From an uncultured Acidobacteriota bacterium (GTDB lineage: Bacteria > Acidobacteriota > Terriglobia > Acidiferrales > UBA7541), in assembly GCA_963807765.1 (NCBI GenBank), contig CAWECV010000002.1, positions 777,436 through 841,435 of the forward strand: a stretch of DNA of 64,000 bases, read 5' to 3'. Shown piece by piece: positions 46,838 through 57,543 of the stretch (its first letter is position 1; each line of letters starts with the position of its first letter). Made by a program: the position numbers and the translations under genes. Below the pieces are notes generated by a model. It searched no databases. It was not told the origin of the DNA and saw nothing but the letters and a program-made list of their open reading frames with translations.

Positions 46838-49135
46838 TCAGCGATGCGCAGCCGGAGGCGTCGGCTTTGAAGCAGGCGCGGGCGTGGAAACAGTGGTGAG
46901 GCCCTGCTCGGCGGCATCGGCTGGCGGCGCTGTGTCGGGCGTGTCAACCTGAATCGTTCTGGCCGACGCCACCTTTTCCAGCGGCGTCACATTCGCAAAG
47001 CCCTCCACGGGCGTTCCCTGCGTCGCTCCTTTCATGAATTCCAGCCAGATCGGCAAGGCGTCCCTTGCGCCGGTTTCCTTTTTGCCGAGCGAAATGCGTT
47101 TGTCGTCGTTGCCCACCCACACGCCTGCGGTCAGCGAGGGCGTAAAACCGATATACCAGGCATCGGTAAAATCGTTGGTCGTGCCTGTCTTTCCGGCGGA
47201 AGGACGGCCCAATTCCTTGGCGCGGACGCCGGTGCCGAACTGAACCACGTCCTCAAGCATGGCGACCATAGTCCGCGCGACGTCGGGCGGAATGACGTCG
47301 GTCACCTGCGGCTTGGCCTCTTCGAGGAGCGCGCCGTCGTAGGTGGTGACGCGCTTGATCAGGTGTGGCTCGATATGAATGCCGTCATCGGGAAAGACGG
47401 TGAAGGCGGATGTGTGCTCGAGCAGAGTCAAGTCGGCGGCGCCGAGCGCCAGCGGGAGGTAAGGCGGCAGCGGGCTGGTGATTCCGAATTGCCGCGCCAG
47501 TTCAATGACGCGCTGAACGCCGACTTCATCGAGAACGCGCACGGCCGGGATATTGCGTGAGTCGGCGAGAGCGCGGCGAAATGTGATCCGGCCTTCGAAT
47601 TTTTCGTCGTAGTTCTTTGGCGAATAGTCCTGCCCGCCGCTTCGGAAAGTCACCGGGGCATCCAGAACTGTGTCAAACGGCGTGGCGCCTTGCTCGATGG
47701 CCGCGGCGTAGACGTAGACCTTAAACGAGCTGCCGGTCTGGCGCATGGCTTGTGTCGCGCGGTTGAATTTCGATTCCTCGAAACTCGATCCGCCGACCAT
47801 CGCTTTGATCTCGCCCGTGGGATTATCAATCGCAAGAAGCGCGGCTTGCGCAGTCAACTCCTGCTCGAGCTCGACCTTTGCCGTCGAGCCGGCAATGTCG
47901 AGAATCTTGACGACGATGAGATCACCCGGCTTGAAAAGGTCGGATGCGGAGTGGCGGCCCGTCCATGCGAACGTTGAGGGGGAAACCATCGCGACATCCG
48001 GACCGATTTTGACGGTAGCGGAGGAGCCGTCGATGCTGCGCACCAGCCCGGTGACGTAAGCGCCTTTCTCGATTCTGCCGTGCCAGTCGTCGGAATCGAA
48101 CGTGTCCAGCTTTCCGCCCTGGCGAAGAATGTTCGGCTGCCCGCCGCGCCAGCCGTGCCGGCGATCGTAATCGTGGAGGCCGTCGAGAACGGCCTGGTTC
48201 GCGGCCTGTTGCATCGCGACGTTGAGCGTGGTGTAGACGCGCAGACCCTGCTCGTGGACGGCGGCGGTGCCGTAGGTTTTCTCGAGATATTGACGGATGT
48301 CTTCCACGTAATACGGGGCGAGATCGTTGTGAGGCGAAGAAAGATGGAGCGTGACGGGAGTGGCAGCAGCGGCTTCTTCCTCCGCCGGGGTGATCTTGCT
48401 CTCGTGCGCCATCAGCGAGAGAACCAGGTTGCGCCGCGAACGCGCGCGCTGCGCATGCAGAATCGGCGAATACGAAGGCCCGCGGATGATTCCAGCAAGA
48501 AGCGCGGCCTCCGGCAACGTCAATTTGCCGACCGGCTTGCCAAAATAATATTCGGACGCGGCTTCGAAGCCGTAATTTCCGTGCCCCAGATAAATCTGAT
48601 TGCAATACATCGTCAGGATTTGCTGCTTGGTGTAGTGGCGTTCGATCTGCAGAGCCAACAGTGCTTCCTGAGTCTTCCGGCGGAAGGAGCGGTTGGAACG
48701 ATCGAGGAAAAGTCCGCCGGCAAGCTGCATCGTAATCGTGCTGGCGCCCTCGGCGATCCGGCGGCGCATCACATCGCGCCACGCCGCGCCCAGAACGCGA
48801 GTGAAATCCACGCCCCAGTGCTCTTCGAAATGCTGGTCTTCGGTGGAGATGATGGCATCCTTCAAGACTTTCGGAATCTGCTCGTAGGTAAGCAAAATCC
48901 GGCGCTGAAGGGCGAAAGTTCCGATGGACTGGCCGTCGTCGGCGTAAAGCTCGGTGACCGTGTCGGGACGATAGTCTTCGAGCGCGTGAATTTCGGGAAG
49001 GTCGCTGGTATAGACGAAGAGCAAACCGGCGCAGGCGCCAAAGGCAATGGAGAGGAGCAAAAGAAAGCCGAAGGCGAGGCGGCCGAAAAGCGTGCTGCCG
49101 CTGAACCTCATCGCGTTGCTGGCAGGTTCGTCCAT
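46838..49135 (-). CDS. bifunctional penicillin-binding protein 1A (transglycosylase/transpeptidase)
   Basis: GT51 motifs (ISTEDQHFEEHWG, RKTQE) and transpeptidase motifs SSFK and KTGTT, with an N-terminal TM anchor. Confidence 0.92.
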   Translation of the reverse strand: MDEPASNAMRFSGSTLFGRLAFGFLLLLSIAFGACAGLLFVYTSDLPEIHALEDYRPDTVTELYADDGQSIGTFALQRRILLTYEQIPKVLKDAIISTEDQHFEEHWGVDFTRVLGAAWRDVMRRRIAEGASTITMQLAGGLFLDRSNRSFRRKTQEALLALQIERHYTKQQILTMYCNQIYLGHGNYGFEAASEYYFGKPVGKLTLPEAALLAGIIRGPSYSPILHAQRARSRRNLVLSLMAHESKITPAEEEAAAATPVTLHLSSPHNDLAPYYVEDIRQYLEKTYGTAAVHEQGLRVYTTLNVAMQQAANQAVLDGLHDYDRRHGWRGGQPNILRQGGKLDTFDSDDWHGRIEKGAYVTGLVRSIDGSSATVKIGPDVAMVSPSTFAWTGRHSASDLFKPGDLIVVKILDIAGSTAKVELEQELTAQAALLAIDNPTGEIKAMVGGSSFEESKFNRATQAMRQTGSSFKVYVYAAAIEQGATPFDTVLDAPVTFRSGGQDYSPKNYDEKFEGRITFRRALADSRNIPAVRVLDEVGVQRVIELARQFGITSPLPPYLPLALGAADLTLLEHTSAFTVFPDDGIHIEPHLIKRVTTYDGALLEEAKPQVTDVIPPDVARTMVAMLEDVVQFGTGVRAKELGRPSAGKTGTTNDFTDAWYIGFTPSLTAGVWVGNDDKRISLGKKETGARDALPIWLEFMKGATQGTPVEGFANVTPLEKVASARTIQVDTPDTAPPADAAEQGLTTVSTPAPASKPTPPAAHR

Positions 49136-49242
49136 AGAGAATTTATTATTTTAGCGCACGCGGCGCGATCGTGCAGGAAGTCTGCCGCCGAAGTGAACAC
49201 AAGCACCGCGATCGGAATGACGGCACCCGCGCGCGACGGCGC

Positions 49243-49635
49243 TCAGGCCTTGCCGACGTAGGCGTCAGCTTCGATTTCGAGAAGCATATCGGCTGAAACG
49301 AATCCGCTGACCTGGACCATCGTGGCGACGGGACGAATGTCGCGAAACACTTCGCCGTGCACGCGGCCAATTTTTTCCCAATCGGCAATGTTGATAACGA
49401 ACGTGCGAGTGCGGATGACGTCGCTCATCTTTGCGCCGGCCTTCGCGAGCGCCGCTTCGATATTGAGCAGAATTTGCCGCGCCTGAGCGACGGGATCGCC
49501 CTTGCCGACAATTTCGCCTTTCGCGTTTGTCGCGGTGGTGCCGGAAACGTGAACGTAGTCGCCGACGCGAACTGCGCGGGAATAGCCGACAATCGGTTCC
49601 CACGGCGTGCCGCTCGAAATGTTTTGTCTTGGCAT
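49243..49635 (-). CDS. RidA/YjgF-family protein
   Basis: 130 aa with [15 protein letters not shown]..., matching RidA/endoribonuclease L-PSP family architecture. Confidence 0.8.
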   Translation of the reverse strand: MPRQNISSGTPWEPIVGYSRAVRVGDYVHVSGTTATNAKGEIVGKGDPVAQARQILLNIEAALAKAGAKMSDVIRTRTFVINIADWEKIGRVHGEVFRDIRPVATMVQVSGFVSADMLLEIEADAYVGKA

Positions 49636-49806
49636 GATTTCCCCCAGCGGGAATCTGCAAGATTACTATTCAACACCGCTGAACGGTGAACGATATTGTC
49701 GCGCGGCGCGGAGGGTAAGGCCATCGCGACCTGTGCGAAACTGCCGCTGGACAGCGATTGGCGAACTCTCTAATCTAAGTTCAGCGCAAAGTGCGAGTGC
49801 ACGATA

Positions 49807-51195
49807 TTGAAATGCGACAACATCCTCGAAGCGGTCGGTAACACTCCGCTGATCCGCTTGAACCGCCTTACGAAAGGTTTGAAGGCGGAAGTGTACGTGA
49901 AAGCCGATTATTTGAATCCCGGCGGATCGGTGAAAGACCGCATCGGCATCTCGATGATTGATGAAGCCGAGCGCAAAGGCTTGCTCAAGCCCGGCGGCAC
50001 AATTATCGAAGGCACATCTGGAAACACGGGAATGGGCCTGGCGCTGGTCGCCGTGGTGCGCGGATATAAAGTCGTGTTCACCATCACCGACAAGCAATCC
50101 CGCGAAAAGATTGATCTCCTGAAAGCGTTCGGAGCGGAAGTGATCGTTTGCCCGACGGCCGTCGAGCCCGACGATCCACGCAGCTATTACTCGGTGGCAA
50201 AGAAACTGGCGCGCGAAATTCCGAATTCTTTCTATCCGAATCAATACGAAAACCCGATGAATCCCGAAGCGCACTACCGCACGACCGGACCTGAAATCTG
50301 GAAAGATACCGAAGGAAAAGTTACGCATTTCGTTTGCGGAATGGGAACGGGCGGAACGATCAGCGGCGTCGGGCGCTACTTGAAGGAACAAAATCCAAAA
50401 GTCAAAGTGATCGGCGTGGACCCGTACGGCTCGCTCTATTACGAGTACGTGAAGACGGGAAAAATCGGAAAGGCGCTGACCTACGTGGTGGAAGGCATCG
50501 GCGAAGATATTTTCCCGAAGACGATGGACTTCAGCATCCTCGACGATGTGATACAGGTGAAGGACGAAGAGTGCTTTGTCTGGGCTCGAAGGCTGGCCAA
50601 GCAGGAAGGAATCTTTACGGGCGGCTCGGGCGGCGGCTGCATTTCCGGCGCGATTCGCGTGGCGAAAAACTGTGCCAAGGGAGACGTTGTCGTCGCGTTC
50701 CTGCCGGACACCGGCTCGCGCTATTTGAGCAAGATTTACAATGACGCATGGATGCGCGAGTACGGCTACGTGGAATCGGAATTGCCGCTTACGGCGGCGG
50801 ACATCGTCCGCGTGAAGCGCGAAAACGGAAAGACGCGCGAATTGATCATCGCGCGGCCCTATCAGACCGTGTTCCATGCGTTGCACACAATGCAGCAGCA
50901 GGATATTTCTCAGCTTCCGGTCTTCGAGGAAGATGCGCCGATCGGCACGATCTATGAGGACCAGATCCTGAACCTCGCGCTGCAGGGAAAAGACCTGCGA
51001 AAGCTAGTGATCCGGGAAGTGATGGCTCCGTCGCTGCCGGAGGTGTCCGGCAACGCGCCAGTGGAGCGCGTGACGCACATCCTCAGCCACGAACGCCCGG
51101 CCGTATTCGTGGAGATGGGAAACGGCAAGCACGAGATCCTGACGAAATTCGATTTGATGGACACGATCGCGGGCCTGGTCGAGGTGAAACGTTGA
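49807..51195 (+). CDS. cystathionine beta-synthase (PLP domain plus C-terminal CBS pair)
   Basis: IGNTPLIRL and PLP-lysine region NPGGSVKDR, GTSGNTGMGLA, with C-terminal tandem CBS domains. Apparent TTG start. Confidence 0.88.
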   Translation: MKCDNILEAVGNTPLIRLNRLTKGLKAEVYVKADYLNPGGSVKDRIGISMIDEAERKGLLKPGGTIIEGTSGNTGMGLALVAVVRGYKVVFTITDKQSREKIDLLKAFGAEVIVCPTAVEPDDPRSYYSVAKKLAREIPNSFYPNQYENPMNPEAHYRTTGPEIWKDTEGKVTHFVCGMGTGGTISGVGRYLKEQNPKVKVIGVDPYGSLYYEYVKTGKIGKALTYVVEGIGEDIFPKTMDFSILDDVIQVKDEECFVWARRLAKQEGIFTGGSGGGCISGAIRVAKNCAKGDVVVAFLPDTGSRYLSKIYNDAWMREYGYVESELPLTAADIVRVKRENGKTRELIIARPYQTVFHALHTMQQQDISQLPVFEEDAPIGTIYEDQILNLALQGKDLRKLVIREVMAPSLPEVSGNAPVERVTHILSHERPAVFVEMGNGKHEILTKFDLMDTIAGLVEVKR

Positions 51196-51204
51196 AGAAT
51201 TGCC

Positions 51205-51228
51205 GCCCCGCAGATCTGAGGCCGGGGC
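51205..51228 (+). terminator. hairpin GCCCCG...CGGGGC after the CBS gene
   Basis: Read directly, 10 nt after the stop. It is followed by only a weak A/T tract (CAAAATTCT). Confidence 0.35.
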
Positions 51229-51236
51229 CAAAATTC

Positions 51237-51315
51237 TGTGGCGATTAGAAATTCCTAACCCTCAGGTTATCAGTCAGATATAAACTTACGACTCGAAACT
51301 TTGTGGCGATTAGAA
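51237..51315 (+). repeat. pair of exact 14-nt direct repeats TGTGGCGATTAGAA spaced 65 nt, upstream of the methyltransferase/MTHFR gene
   Basis: Copies at 51237-51250 and 51302-51315. A third GGCGATT occurs at 51318-51324. Confidence 0.6.
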
Positions 51316-51343
51316 TTGGCGATTTTGGCCATGTTTGGATCCG

Positions 51344-53176
51344 ATGAAAATCGAAGAATTGAACGAGAGGCTGAAGAACTCGATCGTCGCCGCGGACGGC
51401 GCGATGGGCTCGATGTTGTACGAGCTCGCGGGCGCGCAGCGATGCCTCGAGGAGCTGAACGTCACGCAGCCGGAGGCCGTTTTCCGGATTCACCAGGCAT
51501 ATCTGGACGCCGGAGCGCAGATCCTCGAGACCAACACGTTCGGCGCGAACCGGAACAAGCTCACGGCGCTGGGCCTGGGCGACCGCGTAACCGAGCTGAA
51601 TCACCGCGGAGTGAAAATCGCGCGAGAGGCGCGGGAGGCGGCGCGGCACGAGGTTTTTCTCGCGGGTTCGATCGGGCCGCTCGGCATACAGCATCAAATG
51701 CGGCCGCTGCCCGCCGCAGAGATGGTGGAAATTTTCCGCGAGCAGGGCGGCGCGCTGGAAGAACGAGGCGTCGATCTATTCATTCTGGAGACCTTCAGCG
51801 ACCTCGATGAACTCTGTGCGGCTGTGGATGCGATCCGGTCGTTTTCGAAGCTGCCGATCGTGGCGCAGCTCACATACTCGGAGGAAGGCACGACGATCGG
51901 AGGGACGCGGCCCGGCGAAGCCTGGTCGAGACTGAAAGATAAAAGCGTTCAAGCGATCGGGGCGAATTGCACGATTGGTCCGCAACTGCTGCTGCCGGTA
52001 TTGCGCGAGCTGGGCGCCGCAGCCAAATTGCCACTGAGCGCGATGCCCAACGCGGGCTTCCCGCACCGCATGGGCGACCGCACCGTTTATCCCAAATCAT
52101 CGCCGGAATATTTCGCGCTGTTCGCGCGAGAAGCAGTGGAGGTGGGTGTCCGGCTGTTGGGCGGATGCTGCGGCACAACGCCGGAACATATCCGGGCGAT
52201 GGTCAACGCGACGAAGCGATTGCACGCGACGAAACGCGTGAGCGTCGCTGCGCCGGCCGAGGCGGTCGCGGAGAAAACGCGGCAGGTTGCGGCGCGCGAA
52301 CCCGAAAGCAAACTCTGGAAGAAAATTCAGGCGAAGAAGTTTGTAGTGTCGGTGGAAATCGATCCACCGAAGGGAATTTCGACGGAAAGAATTCTCGAGC
52401 AGGCCGGGCGCGTGATGGCGGACGGAAGAGTGGACTCGCTGGACATCAACAGCGGAACGCTGGCGCGAGTGGGAATGGACGCACTGGTGCTGGCGGGATT
52501 GCTCGAAGCGCATGGATACGAAACGATTCCACACCTGACGTGTCGCGACGCGAATGTGATCGGCTTGCAGGCAATGCTGCTGGGAGCGTGGGCGGTGGGC
52601 GGCGTGCGCAACGTGCTGGCGATCACGGGCGATCCGCCGTCGCTCGGCGATCATCCTGAAACGTCGGGCGTGTACGAAGTGGATTCTACGGGACTGGTGA
52701 AAATTCTTTCGAGACTGAATGAGGGGACCGACTGGGCCGGAAAGAGCCTCGGCGGCGCAACGAACTTCACGATCGGGGTCGCGGTGAATCCGGTGGCGGA
52801 AGACTTGAAGACCGAGATTCAACGTTTCGAAAACAAGATTGCGGCGGGCGCGCACTTCGCGATGACGCAGCCGATCTTCGATCCCTCCTACTGGCACGCA
52901 TTCTTGAAAGCGATTGGCGGCAAATGTCCGGTGCCGGTGCTGGTGGGCGTCTGGCCGCTTGGAAGCTATAAGCAGGCGCTGCGTCTCAACAACGAAGTGC
53001 CGGGAATTGTGATTCCGGAACGCACGCTCAGCGAACTGGAGCAGGCAGGCACGAGCGCGCGAGACCACGGGTTTGCGCTGGCGAAGCGGATGCTGGATTG
53101 GGCGAGGACGGAAGTTGCGGGCGCGTATTTGATTCCACCGTTTAAGCGATATGAAGAAGTTTTGGAATTGCTGTAG
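51344..53176 (+). CDS. bifunctional homocysteine S-methyltransferase / 5,10-methylenetetrahydrofolate reductase (YitJ-like fusion)
   Basis: The N-terminal S-methyl_trans domain (DGAMGSMLYE.., ETNTFGAN, GANCT, GGCCGTTPEHI) is fused to a C-terminal MTHFR-like domain (VEIDPPKG.., ITGDPP). The ATG at 51344 is preferred over the TTG at 51335. Confidence 0.85.
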   Translation: MKIEELNERLKNSIVAADGAMGSMLYELAGAQRCLEELNVTQPEAVFRIHQAYLDAGAQILETNTFGANRNKLTALGLGDRVTELNHRGVKIAREAREAARHEVFLAGSIGPLGIQHQMRPLPAAEMVEIFREQGGALEERGVDLFILETFSDLDELCAAVDAIRSFSKLPIVAQLTYSEEGTTIGGTRPGEAWSRLKDKSVQAIGANCTIGPQLLLPVLRELGAAAKLPLSAMPNAGFPHRMGDRTVYPKSSPEYFALFAREAVEVGVRLLGGCCGTTPEHIRAMVNATKRLHATKRVSVAAPAEAVAEKTRQVAAREPESKLWKKIQAKKFVVSVEIDPPKGISTERILEQAGRVMADGRVDSLDINSGTLARVGMDALVLAGLLEAHGYETIPHLTCRDANVIGLQAMLLGAWAVGGVRNVLAITGDPPSLGDHPETSGVYEVDSTGLVKILSRLNEGTDWAGKSLGGATNFTIGVAVNPVAEDLKTEIQRFENKIAAGAHFAMTQPIFDPSYWHAFLKAIGGKCPVPVLVGVWPLGSYKQALRLNNEVPGIVIPERTLSELEQAGTSARDHGFALAKRMLDWARTEVAGAYLIPPFKRYEEVLELL

Positions 53177-53264
53177 ATGCGGTGACGCAGGCGAATACGG
53201 AATCAAAGGGCGCGGGCGAAACTCCCACGCCACGAAGAGCGCACCGCGGAGCGTTCGACGCGAA

Positions 53265-53783
53265 TCAGCTTGGCTTTCGGAGACGATCGAGGGCAGCGAA
53301 GAGCAGGACGCCGACGCCGGCGTTCACGACCGAGGCCACCAGAAGTTTCCAACTGAAGTAGGGAGCCGTGCGCGCGAGGAGCAGACGATCGAGAAGCGTC
53401 AGCACGATTCCATGAAAATGAAAAAAGATTACGACCGTGAAAAAGCGGCTGACGGGATGCTCGGTGTCCATCCGGCCGCCGATCGATGAGGCGGCGTAGC
53501 CGACGAGAGTCTTGGCGATGCCGTAGTAGCCGATGGGCATGTGGCTGACGGCGTCCTGTAGAATTCCGATCGACGCTCCAAGAAGAAGACCGGTCGAAGG
53601 ATTCCGCCGGCTCAGCGAAAAATAAATCGTGATGAGCAGCGGAAGTTCAAGGGCGCCGGCCCAGCCGCCGTACTTGTTGAGGAACGCCTGGACGACCAGC
53701 GCCAGAAACGTAACGGCGACGGTGGCGCCGCCATAGAACTTGTGAACCTCGATGTGCTGCTCGGCCTGTGCTCGCGTGCTCAT
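53265..53783 (-). CDS. mreD: rod shape-determining protein MreD
   Basis: Polytopic membrane protein immediately downstream of mreC. The ATG at 53783 avoids overlap with mreC. Confidence 0.8.
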   Translation of the reverse strand: MSTRAQAEQHIEVHKFYGGATVAVTFLALVVQAFLNKYGGWAGALELPLLITIYFSLSRRNPSTGLLLGASIGILQDAVSHMPIGYYGIAKTLVGYAASSIGGRMDTEHPVSRFFTVVIFFHFHGIVLTLLDRLLLARTAPYFSWKLLVASVVNAGVGVLLFAALDRLRKPS

Positions 53784-53808
53784 GGCAATCGAAAGCGAAA
53801 CATCCCCC

Positions 53809-54720
53809 TCAGGGCTTGGTTGCAAGCTGTTGCGGCGGCGGCGCACCCGGAGCCGAACTTTGCAAACTGGCCGGCGGCAATTCCGCGCCTTTTTTCGGAG
53901 CGATTTCCTGCTGAGTTAAAAGGATGATGATTTCTTCCAGCCGGTCCAGGCGCGCGGAGGGCTGAACCGTGATGCGCTGGAAAGGATTCCCCTGCTTGGC
54001 TTCCGTCACGGTGCCGACGGGAAAATCCTTCGGATAGATGCGGTCGTCGCCGGAGGTGAAGACGAGTTCTCCGGGATGCACTTTCTCGTCATTCGAGATG
54101 TAATCGAGATGAAGAGTGGGCTCGCCGTAACCCTTGACGACGCCGTGAGTGCGGGTGTCGGCGAGAAGCGCGCCGACGCCGCTGTCCTTGTCGTCAATCA
54201 ACAGGATTTGAGATGTGCCGGGAAATACTTCGACAATTTTGCCGACTACGCCATCGGGGGTGATGACCGCCATATTGCGGCGAATGCGATCATGCTCGCC
54301 GCGATTGATGAAGATGGTGCGACTGACGGAATCGGCGCCCGCGCCGATGACCTGGGCGGCTATCATCGGAACTTCGGCGCGCGAATCGCGGAAGTCGAGA
54401 AGTTTCGAGAGGCGATCGGCTTCGGCGGAACGGCTTTCGAGTTCGCGATTGCGCAATTCGAGGCGATCGAGTTCCGAGTGGAGTTGTTCGTTTTCCGCGC
54501 GCGCGTGGCGCAGATCAATGTAATTGCGCCAACCGCCGCGAACCGTGGAAATGGACCAAGTGCCGGCGCGCTGCAAGGGAGTGAGAACTTCAACGGCCCA
54601 GAGGCGAATCAGGCGGACGTCGCGATCGCGCTTGATCTGGAAAGCGAGCAACAGAACCTGCGCCACCACCACCGCGGTGAGAAGCGTAAAGGGGCGCTGA
54701 CGAGTTGGGAAATCGAGCAT
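53809..54720 (-). CDS. mreC: rod shape-determining protein MreC
   Basis: N-terminal TM anchor, coiled coil (NEQLHSELDRLELRNRELE) and beta-barrel domains, positioned between mreB and mreD. Confidence 0.88.
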   Translation of the reverse strand: MLDFPTRQRPFTLLTAVVVAQVLLLAFQIKRDRDVRLIRLWAVEVLTPLQRAGTWSISTVRGGWRNYIDLRHARAENEQLHSELDRLELRNRELESRSAEADRLSKLLDFRDSRAEVPMIAAQVIGAGADSVSRTIFINRGEHDRIRRNMAVITPDGVVGKIVEVFPGTSQILLIDDKDSGVGALLADTRTHGVVKGYGEPTLHLDYISNDEKVHPGELVFTSGDDRIYPKDFPVGTVTEAKQGNPFQRITVQPSARLDRLEEIIILLTQQEIAPKKGAELPPASLQSSAPGAPPPQQLATKP

Positions 54721-54816
54721 CCTAAAAGACCGAAGAGAGATTCTTCAGCGCGCGTCCCGTCGAGGGCGCTCCGCTCAGAATGAGCTACACAATCCAAATC
54801 CTCGAATCCAGGCTTC

Positions 54817-55923
<1,107 letters not shown>

Positions 55924-57201
55924 CTAAGGAATAAGAATCGAGACGCGCTTAATGGCGGTCCCGCCGCGCCGATTCTGCCCGGTGATTACGATGGTCTGGC
56001 TGCCGGGCGTCATCGGCGGGGTAAAATAATGGAACGTACCGTCGGTGCGGACATCGGCCACTTTTTCGCCGTTGATAATGAGCGTCGCGCCCGGCTCGGT
56101 CTTGCCTGTGACTTCCACCATATTACCGTGAAGTTCCGTGCCGTCCACCTCGAGGAACATTTCCTGTTCCTTGCCCTGAGCCACGAGGGTGAATTTGTAG
56201 GGATCGCTGAGATCGCTCATGGCGTCTTTCGCGTCCACGGCGCGGACTTTCCAAAAGTATTCGCCGGGATCGAGTCCGGCGACGTCCATCGAAGTCTCGG
56301 CGGTGCGCCGCTCGAATAGAATCTTGTTGAACAAGGTGGATTTGCTGACTTGAAGCACGTAGGCCTTGGCGGTGGCGACCGACTGCCAGGCGAAATGAAC
56401 CGGATCCTTCTTCAGATCGGCCACGATAATCGGTTGAAGATTCAGGGGCGCGATCAAACTAGGCGGGGCAAGAACCTGCTGGGTGGTGATGGCTCCGCCT
56501 GTCGGAAAGGTCACGCGTTCCCACTGGCCGACGTCGAGGTGCTGGCCGCCGCGGTTCATCTCGGCGCTACCTGCGTTCACGGTGAACTGCTGCTGCTGAG
56601 TGCTCGGATCGCTGCGGACCTCGGCGCGGCTGTTCTCGCGCAGAGAAGCAAGAGCATCTTCGAACGAAATGTCCGCCTTCGATCCGGGATTGTTCCATGT
56701 GGGTGTTGCCAGATCCACTTGACCGGCCTGAATGTGCATGCCGACGCGCGTGGCGCGATCCTGTTCGACGGCGTTCTCTTCCACGGTGACGAGGGTATCG
56801 CCCTTGACGGTATAGGTGGTGCCGTCGGCGAAGGCGATTCGAGCGACGCCCTCGGTGTCCGTGCGGATCTGATCGCCCTTGTCGAGCTGCAACTGATAGT
56901 CAGCGTTGGCCCACTGAACCGAGCTGACTTTCTTAACCTGAACTTTGCCATCGAGATTGACAAAGCGGGCCTCGCGAGCGGTGGCCGAAGCGCCTGGATT
57001 GGAGGGCCTCGTCAGAGCATCGGAGATTTTCTTGGCGACAGCCGCCGAGCGTTCCGGGAAAGCAAAATATCCGGCGCCGAGAATGACCGCAAAAGCGATG
57101 ACGACATAAATCGCAATGGTCTTGTAGGTGACGGTGTGCCAATACACCTCGACCTTTTGGATTTTGGGCTTCGGCTGAACGGGGATTCGCGTGTCTATCA
57201 T
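55924..57201 (-). CDS. FecR-domain membrane protein with C-terminal Ig/FN3-like repeats
   Basis: TM anchor, then a FecR-like segment (LDKGDQIRTDTEGVARIAFADGTTYTVKGDTLVTV). The ATG at 57201 was chosen. Confidence 0.65.
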   Translation of the reverse strand: MIDTRIPVQPKPKIQKVEVYWHTVTYKTIAIYVVIAFAVILGAGYFAFPERSAAVAKKISDALTRPSNPGASATAREARFVNLDGKVQVKKVSSVQWANADYQLQLDKGDQIRTDTEGVARIAFADGTTYTVKGDTLVTVEENAVEQDRATRVGMHIQAGQVDLATPTWNNPGSKADISFEDALASLRENSRAEVRSDPSTQQQQFTVNAGSAEMNRGGQHLDVGQWERVTFPTGGAITTQQVLAPPSLIAPLNLQPIIVADLKKDPVHFAWQSVATAKAYVLQVSKSTLFNKILFERRTAETSMDVAGLDPGEYFWKVRAVDAKDAMSDLSDPYKFTLVAQGKEQEMFLEVDGTELHGNMVEVTGKTEPGATLIINGEKVADVRTDGTFHYFTPPMTPGSQTIVITGQNRRGGTAIKRVSILIP

Positions 57202-57543
57202 GCGAAAAATGCACCAATTCTGGAATCTAGCATAGGGGTATGGGCCTTTCAACAAACCACGGGCGGCGTTGCGAAATCGCCAACCCCATCGAATGCGAGC
57301 CGGCCCCTATTGAAGTCAGATGCGGCGCAACAGCATCGAGCAATTCGGGCATCCCATTTATGCCGGAAGTCCTTATAATCAATGCTGGGGTCGGGCGCCG
57401 AAGAGAAGAGACTGATTCCATCCAGATTGGCGTTACCTTTCGGACCGCATCAGCACCGAAATTACGATGCGCTTACCTTTCATTTGAAATACTGAGGCCA
57501 GTGCGGAAGGGTGACAGACTGACCTTGCGAGGGACGTTCACTC

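Noticed and set aside
51304-51321. Sigma54 promoter (TGGC..N..TTGC) within TGGCGATTAGAATTGGC.
   Set aside because: The GG to GC spacing is one nucleotide too long and the -12 element reads TTGG, not TTGC.
51196-51343. SAM (S-box, SAM-II or other) riboswitch upstream of the methyltransferase/MTHFR fusion, and likewise at 49636..49806 upstream of CBS.
   Set aside because: I could not find the conserved SAM-I core sequences or a SAM-II-like pseudoknot pattern by eye. A covariance-model scan is needed to be sure.
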